A stretch of 40,329 nt of DNA from a virus. Its lineage: Duplodnaviria > Caudoviricetes. A program made the position numbers and the translations under genes. The stretch lies in IMG/VR virus record IMGVR_UViG_3300044260_000054, positions 1-40,329 of that record. One strand, written 5' to 3'. Under the pieces are notes generated by a model. That model was not told the DNA's origin. It saw only the letters and a list, made by a program, of their open reading frames with translations, and did not search any database. Shown here piece after piece: positions 34,721 through 40,329 of this stretch (position 1 is its first letter; each line of letters starts with the position of its first letter).

Positions 34721-35257
34721 CTAGCCTCCCAACGCCCGCCCGTCACATCGCGCCGTAAACCCCTCCTCACGCACATGGAACACGCGACAGTGCCGACACT
34801 TCAACAACCCGCCATCGCGGTAGAGCTCGTGGCTCTTATGCGCGCCGCGTGCCTCCATCCGCCGTGGCTCCTCCTCGGGTCGCTCCCTCGTCGCACCATT
34901 CGCCCCGGCGACTTTCGCGCGATAGATTCCCTTGCCTGCCCGCTCCACGCCCCGCAATGCGCAGAGCTGAATCCCAATTTTCTTGGGCTCCCCTCGCACC
35001 GCATCGGCGACCACCGCGATCGTGTACTCGCCCGGATGCGCTTGCAGCCACGCGAGGAGCACCTTCGCGCTGACCCCCGCCGGCGCCGCCCCGTTCCTCT
35101 TCCGTGCCGCCTCTCTCCGCGTCACCACCGCAGGCGACGGCGTGGCTGCTGGCGCTCCCTTCCGCTCCGCCCAGCGCCGCACTACCACCAGCGCCGCGTC
35201 AATCTCCGCCCGCTCCGCTTCCAACTCCGCTACCGCCTGTGCCCATATCTCACTCAT
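34721..35257 (-). CDS. putative DNA-binding protein (coiled coil, wHTH-like, CxxC)
   Basis: AGGAGG SD before ATG 35257; VERAGKGIY wing-like segment; CRHC. Confidence 0.6.
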   Translation of the reverse strand: MSEIWAQAVAELEAERAEIDAALVVVRRWAERKGAPAATPSPAVVTRREAARKRNGAAPAGVSAKVLLAWLQAHPGEYTIAVVADAVRGEPKKIGIQLCALRGVERAGKGIYRAKVAGANGATRERPEEEPRRMEARGAHKSHELYRDGGLLKCRHCRVFHVREEGFTARCDGRALGG

Positions 35258-35629
35258 CGTGTCCCTCCTGCTTGGATTGATTTTTTTTGCGTGCGTCGTC
35301 CGCGCTCGCTTGCGAGGCCGCGTGTGGGGCGGGGCCCCTGATACACAGCCGGAGGCCGGGGGGGGGTCCAAGGTCGGGACCAGGACCAGGCCGACGAGCT
35401 GAGCGCCGGGCGCCGTCGTTGTCGACCGGCACGCTGAGTAAGCGTGTTGACCACGTGGCGCTGTCGAGGCCTTCACCAAGTTGTGGTGCGGTTGCTGGTG
35501 CGGGTTGCCCGTCCACTCGTCTTCGATGTGGCCGCGCAGCTGCTCGTGGTCGAAGCCGTGCCCGCTGGCTGGCTGCAAGGGGTAGACGCCACCTATCGGA
35601 AAGCGGGCGGAGCTATTAGACTGCGGGGC

Positions 35630-35851
35630 ATGAGGCGGCGAAGGAGAGCACCGACACGGCTGCAACGGGAGCGCGGCGCTGGGTGGAACGTGCTGCGGGT
35701 GAACCCGACGAGTTATCAGCTGCCATTGCCTCCGGGACTGCTCCGGCAAGCGGGACTGCTGCCAGACGCCGAGGTGATCGCGCGGGTGATCGAGCCGGGA
35801 CTGATTGCGGTGCGGAAGCTGCCGGCGGGATGGCGGGAGCGGAAGGGCTGA
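35630..35851 (+). CDS. AbrB/MazE-like small DNA-binding protein (73 aa)
   Basis: SYQLPLPPGLLRQAGLLPDAEVIARVIEPGLIAVRKL swapped-hairpin pattern; TAGACT 7 nt upstream of the ATG (leaderless geometry). Confidence 0.6.
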   Translation: MRRRRRAPTRLQRERGAGWNVLRVNPTSYQLPLPPGLLRQAGLLPDAEVIARVIEPGLIAVRKLPAGWRERKG

Positions 35852-35981
35852 GGTCATGAGGGGTGCACTCGTGCATCCGCCCAAGTGGCCGCGGCCTCGG
35901 TGGTGACGGAGGCGAGGCGGGAGGCCGCGCGGGTAAACGGGCGCTGCGGTGGGCGGCCGAAAGGCTCCGGCAAGAAGCCAG

Positions 35982-36566
35982 TCATTCCGGTCCCTGCGTA
36001 AGCAACTCGAGCTGGTGGTGGAGCGCGCGGCGGCGTTGCTCTGCCGCCAGCTGGTCGTGTGGGTCAACGAGATCCGGCACGCTCTTGATGCCGGCGAGGT
36101 AGGCCGCGACGGCGGCACGGTGTGCGCCGACCATGCGATGCCAGCAATCGGCAGGACAGGAGGCGTGGAAGGCATGGAACGCAGCCTGGAAGTCACGAGG
36201 GTAGTCTTCGACTTGGGGCGCGCGCAGGCCGTGGCGGCGGGCGACGGCGACGGGATCGTTGACGATCGGGCCGAGGCGGGCGAGCTGGTCGGGATAGACG
36301 AACACGGCGCAGCGGCGGCAGAGGGTTTCATGGGAACTGACGCACTGGTCGCAGCCCATGGGTTGGTGACAGTGCCAGCAGTCGGGATGCCGGCGGCGGC
36401 CGTGATGCGGGTTGGGAATCCAGCCACGGGCATAGGCGATGGGGGAGCCGGTGCAGTGGAGAGGGGCCGGCGCGGGCCCGCGGCCATACCAGAACTCCCG
36501 GGGCATGATTTCGCCGCAGGTGGCGCACCGGCCATGGGGCGCGGGCGGGTCGATACGTGTGCGCAT
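35982..36566 (-). CDS. Cys/His-rich putative Zn-binding protein (194 aa)
   Basis: GGAG SD; CATC, CWHC, CDQC, CRRC; immediately downstream of rep. Confidence 0.6.
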   Translation of the reverse strand: MRTRIDPPAPHGRCATCGEIMPREFWYGRGPAPAPLHCTGSPIAYARGWIPNPHHGRRRHPDCWHCHQPMGCDQCVSSHETLCRRCAVFVYPDQLARLGPIVNDPVAVARRHGLRAPQVEDYPRDFQAAFHAFHASCPADCWHRMVGAHRAAVAAYLAGIKSVPDLVDPHDQLAAEQRRRALHHQLELLTQGPE

Positions 36567-36570
36567 GGGG

Positions 36571-37311
36571 TCATCTCCGTTGGAGCAGCTTCGGGCGGCG
36601 TTCGAGGTATTCGCGCACCCAGTTGCGCCAGACAGCATTCCAATCCGAGCGAGGGGCCGCGAACTCATGATCGCACATGGCGTCGAACTGGCGTTCGGCT
36701 TCGGCGACCGTCAGGCCGTGGGCGGTGGCGAAGGCGAGACGATCGGGTTCGAGGTCGAACTCGAGGGGCACGCGGCGCGCGGCGGCGGGTTTGGGTGGCT
36801 TCGGTTTCTTGGGTTTCGGGGCCGGCGGAATCAGGGTGAGGGTCGGGGGATCTGGAGGCGTGATTTCGGGTCGGTCGTCGTCTTTCTTTGGAGAGACGAT
36901 AGTCTCTCTTTCTTTTCTTTCTGTAGGACCAGGACCAGGACCAGGACCGGAGAGGGCATTGCTCGGGCGTTCGTCGGGCGGCGTTCGGGTACGCAGCATT
37001 TGAAATTCCGCGAACTTAGGCCACTTGATCGCCGTGATGTCGCCGCGACGTTCAACCGATATCGACGCGATGTCGGCGAGACGTCGAAGAGACATCGACG
37101 CGATGTCGGGCCGATGTTTGCCCGATATCCGCATCGCGTCGGCTCGACTCAGGAGGCATTCGCACGCTTGTTCGGGGGTCAGTCCATCCCGTGCCCACCG
37201 TTCGTGCAGGTGGGCCATGAGGAGCACCAACTGGCCCACCTGTTCGGTGCTCCACGGCTCGTGGCCGATCGCATCGGCGACAAAGAAATAGTGTCGGCGT
37301 CCGGTCGCCAT
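36571..37311 (-). CDS. phage replication initiator (lambda O-like organisation)
   Basis: wHTH-like N-terminus ending IKWPKFAEFQ, GPGPGP and Pro linker, C-terminal DWNAVWRNWVR; internal iterons. Confidence 0.75.
   Translation of the reverse strand: MATGRRHYFFVADAIGHEPWSTEQVGQLVLLMAHLHERWARDGLTPEQACECLLSRADAMRISGKHRPDIASMSLRRLADIASISVERRGDITAIKWPKFAEFQMLRTRTPPDERPSNALSGPGPGPGPTERKERETIVSPKKDDDRPEITPPDPPTLTLIPPAPKPKKPKPPKPAAARRVPLEFDLEPDRLAFATAHGLTVAEAERQFDAMCDHEFAAPRSDWNAVWRNWVREYLERRPKLLQRR
37035..37133. repeat. iteron array: nine degenerate 11-bp units (core GAYRT), putative replication origin
   Basis: tgatgtcgccg/cgacgttcaac/cgatatcgacg/cgatgtcggcg/agacgtcgaag/agacatcgacg/cgatgtcgggc/cgatgtttgcc/cgatatccgca in exact 11-nt phase inside rep. 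Confidence 0.7.
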
Positions 37312-37721
37312 CAGCCCTCGAGGAGATCAAAGCGTCCGTCAAACGCGACGAGCCGATCGCGCCGCGGCCGGATCCCCACATGGCGCGTGTAGGTGAGCCG
37401 ATCGGCCGCGCGCCCCGGGACGATGGCCGCGGCGTGGGCGTCCAGGTCGACGAGCACCCAGAAGTCCGGGGCCGGCGTCACCGGGCGGCCCTGCGTGTGC
37501 AGATTGAAGTGGACGCGCGGCACGTCATAGACGTACTCGGTGCCGGCGGCCGAGCGGACCCGCTGGCGGTGCGTGTAGCCATGCGCCGCGCGCACCTGCA
37601 CCGTGTAGCCGTTGACGCGGACCAGGCCGTAGTGGATGGGCCTAGCCTGGAGCCCGCGGCGCTTGCAGGCGGCCACGAACCAGCGCACGCCCTGGCGTTG
37701 GACCAGACACTTACCGTGCAT
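37311..37721 (-). CDS. hypothetical protein, degenerate PD-(D/E)xK-like fold (136 aa)
   Basis: VNGYTVQVR...FNL...DFWVLV...IVP...FDLL pattern; TGATG-coupled to rep. Confidence 0.55.
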   Translation of the reverse strand: MHGKCLVQRQGVRWFVAACKRRGLQARPIHYGLVRVNGYTVQVRAAHGYTHRQRVRSAAGTEYVYDVPRVHFNLHTQGRPVTPAPDFWVLVDLDAHAAAIVPGRAADRLTYTRHVGIRPRRDRLVAFDGRFDLLEG

Positions 37722-37744
37722 ACGGCACGCCCGGCGCGAGCGAA

Positions 37745-37929
37745 CCCGCACCAAGAAGCGCACCGCAAACGTACGTACTCGTTAGTGCGCAAGGACGATA
37801 CCGACGCTCTCCAGGCGTGCCCCTTCGGCCACTCGGGCACCTCTCCAACCGCAAAACGCTTGGTTTCATTACACCCAACCTCCTCTGACGACAACCCACG
37901 ACAACCCGACCCGCACCACAACCCGCACC
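37745..37929. promoter_or_regulatory. attP region with integrase arm-type sites and candidate Xis sites
   Basis: Paired (C/A)(C/G)CGCACC repeats 12 nt apart at 37745/37757 and 37910/37922; CGACAACCC twice at 37889/37899. Confidence 0.65.
37804..37846 (-). other. attP core: 5' half of tRNA-Ser(GGA), not a full tRNA
   Basis: GGAGAGGTGCCCGAGTGGCCGAAGGGGCACGCCTGGAGAGCGT gives the acceptor 5' strand, D arm and anticodon arm with GGA; no variable arm, T arm or 3' strand follows; just downstream of int. Confidence 0.8.
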
Positions 37930-37933
37930 GCGG

Positions 37934-38980
37934 TTAGGTGCCTGATGACTCCTCGCGCGCCGGCGGCGTCAGCGCGACCATGGCCGCCTCGAGCCGCGCG
38001 GCCACTGCCCACAGCTCGGCGTCTATTGTGTGCAAGTAGCGCTCTGTGACGCCCGTGTTCGTATGCCCCAGAAACCGCGCAATCGCTTTCTTGGACCCGC
38101 CGCCGGCGGTCGCCACATAGCCGGCCCAATGGCGCATCTGATGGAAGCCATACCGCGGCAGGCCGAGCCGATCGCAGAGCGCGTGCAGCCGGTGCAGCTC
38201 GGCGTCGTAGCTCATCCGCCCGCCCTGGAGCCCGGCGAAGACGTACTCCCGCCCGCGGGCTAGCAAGGGCCGGAGCGCGGCCACGGCAAAGCCCGTCAAC
38301 GGTTGCGGCCGCTTGCGCTCATGCCCGCCCACGTTCTTGCGCGTCGTGAGCAGGCAGAACGGCCGGGCCCCCTCGAGGAACACTTCGGCCACGTTCAGCC
38401 GGCGCAGCTCGACGAACCGGGCCCCGGTCTGGGACTGGACGGTCAGCAGCGCGGCCAGGGCGCCGTCGGCGCCGAGGATCAGTTGCTGGAGGTGCGCCTG
38501 TGGAATCGGCTGTATCTCAACGGCCGGCTCCGGCACCTTCGGGATCCGCGCGGCAACGTTGCCCTCCAGGGCGCCCGCCTTCACGCCGTAGTTGAGGACG
38601 GCCAGGATAATCTTGCGGTATTCGTTCAGCGACCGGGCGCCGCGGCGCGAGGCCGCCAGCTGGGTGAGGCAGCGGTCGACGTGCGCCGTCGTGATCTGCC
38701 GTGGCGGCAGCAGCGCCAGGGTCGCAAAGCCCCGGTTCAGTTTCTTCTCGAGCTGATAGCACCAGTCAGCGCTTTTCGTGCGTTGGCTCGACGTGAGGAA
38801 CGCGCCGACGAGATCAGCGAATGTCGGGTAAGGGTCTAAACGGCCCGCCTCCAGGGCCTTGCGGTGCGCGTGCTCGGCGTCGGCCGCGGCCTTGCGCGTG
38901 GCGAAGCCGCGTTTGGTGTAGCGATGTAGCTGATACTCGAAATGGTAGCGCCATCGGGATTTGTCCCGGTACACAGTCAT
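37934..38980 (-). CDS. int: tyrosine integrase
   Basis: Arm-binding N-terminus GFATRKAA; catalytic R (TGARFVE), HQMRH, LGH, TERY; start MTVYRD at 38980. Confidence 0.93.
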   Translation of the reverse strand: MTVYRDKSRWRYHFEYQLHRYTKRGFATRKAAADAEHAHRKALEAGRLDPYPTFADLVGAFLTSSQRTKSADWCYQLEKKLNRGFATLALLPPRQITTAHVDRCLTQLAASRRGARSLNEYRKIILAVLNYGVKAGALEGNVAARIPKVPEPAVEIQPIPQAHLQQLILGADGALAALLTVQSQTGARFVELRRLNVAEVFLEGARPFCLLTTRKNVGGHERKRPQPLTGFAVAALRPLLARGREYVFAGLQGGRMSYDAELHRLHALCDRLGLPRYGFHQMRHWAGYVATAGGGSKKAIARFLGHTNTGVTERYLHTIDAELWAVAARLEAAMVALTPPAREESSGT

Positions 38981-39143
38981 GGCTTTGCCCTTCAATAAAG
39001 CGGTCGAGCGCCTCTTGGGTGAGACGGAGCTTCCCCGCGACTTTGATCCATCCGAGTTGTGAACGCATCCGACCGCGAATGACCGAACCGAGGTCCACGC
39101 GCAACTGGTCGGCGACTTCCTGCGGGGTCAAGACTCTGCACAT
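38814..39143 (-). CDS. xis: excisionase (HTH_17/Xis-like)
   Basis: VLTPQEVADQLRV...WIKVAGKLRLTQEALDRFIE; its 3' end overlaps int. Confidence 0.75.
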   Translation of the reverse strand: MCRVLTPQEVADQLRVDLGSVIRGRMRSQLGWIKVAGKLRLTQEALDRFIEGQSHDCVPGQIPMALPFRVSATSLHQTRLRHAQGRGRRRARAPQGPGGGPFRPLPDIR

Positions 39144-39643
39144 CGCCGGTCCTTTCGGGGGCGTTGGTTGCGATTCTGTTCCAGTCGTGTCGCCCACCGC
39201 ACGTTTCCCGGCTCATAATTCCCGTCGTTGTCTATGCGGTCGAGCATCGCGCGGGAAAACGGCCGATCACCCATATCTCCCAGGAAGTTTTCGAAGTGCA
39301 TCCAGCGTTCACACACCTGGATGCCGCGCGCCCCGTAATTCTTGTAGCTGACGTGATTAGGATACGCGCACCGTTCGATCATTCCCGCCCAGACACGGTG
39401 AATCGATGATCGCTGCCCTCGCCGCGCGTGCCCATGCTGCAACATGCGCGTGGCAGTAAGTTCGCGGCGTAAGCAGCCGCAGGACTGCGTATCCCCTCGG
39501 AGCAGTAGCCTTTGCCGGATGAGCTTGAGCGTCCCACAGCTACAGAGGCACCACCACTGGCTTTTGTAGCGGGCTGTGCTAGGTCCGCGTCGATCAACCC
39601 GTAGGCGCCCGAACTGTTTGCCCTCTAGATTGAATCGCGCCAT
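39128..39643 (-). CDS. HNH homing-type endonuclease
   Basis: GKQFGRL, WWCLCSCG, SCGC, YGARGIQVCERW, LDRIDNDGNYEPGNVRWAT; start at 39643. Confidence 0.88.
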   Translation of the reverse strand: MARFNLEGKQFGRLRVDRRGPSTARYKSQWWCLCSCGTLKLIRQRLLLRGDTQSCGCLRRELTATRMLQHGHARRGQRSSIHRVWAGMIERCAYPNHVSYKNYGARGIQVCERWMHFENFLGDMGDRPFSRAMLDRIDNDGNYEPGNVRWATRLEQNRNQRPRKDRRCAES

Positions 39644-39653
39644 GCGGCACACC

Positions 39654-39836
39654 TCAGGCGGCGCGCGCAGCCCGGCTAGGGGCTGATTCAGCCTTGGCGA
39701 GCTCACGAAGGAGCAGGTCGCGGATGAGGCTGGCTTTGTCTTTCTTCTGTTGCCGCGCGTACCGGCCCACCCGTCGCTTGAGCGCATAGGGCACGGGCAC
39801 GCTCAGGAAATAGCGCTTGCGTTTTGTAGTTTCCAT
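39654..39836 (-). CDS. ribbon-helix-helix (Arc/CopG-like) regulator (60 aa)
   Basis: FLSVPVP strand followed by two helices, ending DKASLIRDLL. Confidence 0.7.
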   Translation of the reverse strand: METTKRKRYFLSVPVPYALKRRVGRYARQQKKDKASLIRDLLLRELAKAESAPSRAARAA

Positions 39837-39873
39837 GTGTGACCAAAGTCGCACAAAACGCGCGGCGTGTCAA
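39837..39873 (-). promoter_or_regulatory. candidate leaderless leftward promoter with operator
   Basis: TTGACA-17 nt-GACTTT-8 nt-ATG; overlapped by the imperfect palindrome TGTGAC-CAAA-GTCGCA (39838-39853); the -10 box is weak. Confidence 0.45.
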
Positions 39874-39876
39874 CCG

Positions 39877-40104
39877 TCAGGCGTCGTCCCGCTCCGCGTT
39901 GGGTTCATCGATGTCGGGGTCATAATCGGTGTGTTCCGCGACGAGCATGCGGATCAACGCCGAGGGATCCAGGGCCTTTTTTCGCGCCGTGCGCTTCAAC
40001 GCTTTGATAAGCCCGGGCGTCATCCGCACACTGAGATGGCGCACCTTGATCTTGAGGTCGGGGTCTTGATGTTTCCGGCCCCGTTGCTGCGGTGCTGCCG
40101 CCAT
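39877..40104 (-). CDS. ribbon-helix-helix regulator (75 aa), candidate repressor
   Basis: HLSVRMTP strand followed by helices ending DPSALIRMLV; GGGGAGG SD. Confidence 0.7.
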   Translation of the reverse strand: MAAAPQQRGRKHQDPDLKIKVRHLSVRMTPGLIKALKRTARKKALDPSALIRMLVAEHTDYDPDIDEPNAERDDA

Positions 40105-40186
40105 GCCCCCGCCCTCCCCGGCGTGTCACACATTAGACCGATGGGCGCGGCGCATTCAACCACGATCACGGCAGGGCCTCGGCGAC

Positions 40187-40215
40187 TTGACGGCGTGTGA
40201 CTAGCGTGTTACAGG
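40187..40215 (+). promoter_or_regulatory. candidate rightward promoter with operator
   Basis: TTGACG-17 nt-TACAGG with a TG extension; contains TGTGAC-N6-GTTACA. Confidence 0.4.
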
Positions 40216-40329
40216 CGTAACCGGATGGCGGACGGACAGAGAATGCACCAGGAACGGGAGGAACGCCGATGGGGAAACAGATGGTGAGGGAGACGGGTGG
40301 TGTCTTGATTGCGCTGGCCGCCGGCTGTG

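Larger units (their letters stand above)
1..40329. mobile_element. temperate podovirus-type bacteriophage, excised form
   Basis: Packaging, head, short-tail, ejection, lysis, integration and replication modules are all present; intact attP; no host genes or tape measure recognised. Confidence 0.9.

Noticed and set aside
36360-36385. CWHCH as a c-type heme-binding motif
   Set aside because: The protein has no export signal and has several other CxxC pairs; Zn binding is more likely.
34721-36643. 640-aa ORF in the track
   Set aside because: High-GC open frame with low-complexity translation that overlaps better genes; only the part from ATG 35257 has an SD and protein-like composition.
37804-37846. 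Functional tRNA-Ser gene
   Set aside because: It stops after the anticodon arm, with no variable arm, T arm or 3' acceptor strand; treated as the attP core.

Overview
This window looks like a near-complete or complete, high-GC temperate podovirus-type phage genome of about 40.3 kb, in its excised form (attP intact). The + strand at 7-4600 carries a recombination/accessory operon: RecE-like exonuclease, Sak4-like ATPase, HNH proteins and small membrane or lipoproteins. Almost everything else is on the - strand, reading from about 40100 down to 4597. That order is: two ribbon-helix-helix regulators, HNH, xis, tyrosine integrase, attP holding the 5' half of a tRNA-Ser(GGA), a replication initiator with internal iterons, a probable genome-end region, holin and lipoprotein, TerS/TerL, P22-like portal, scaffold, N4-gp56-type capsid, DPBB endolysin, adaptor, nozzle, three ejection proteins and a PurD-like ATP-grasp ligase. 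The most striking feature is that no conventional tail fibre or spike is recognisable. Instead the late operon holds six genes (about 6.8 kb) for signal-peptide-bearing, Cys-containing proteins, five with Pro/Thr repeats, which suggests exported, disulfide-bonded and possibly glycosylated virion or host-surface proteins. Other oddities are two possible tailoring enzymes flanking the ejection genes, integration through the 5' end of a tRNA that would split int from rep, a third integrase-arm-like site 2.3 kb from attP, and a sharp GC-skew flip. All family calls come from motifs read by eye; no database searches were run.
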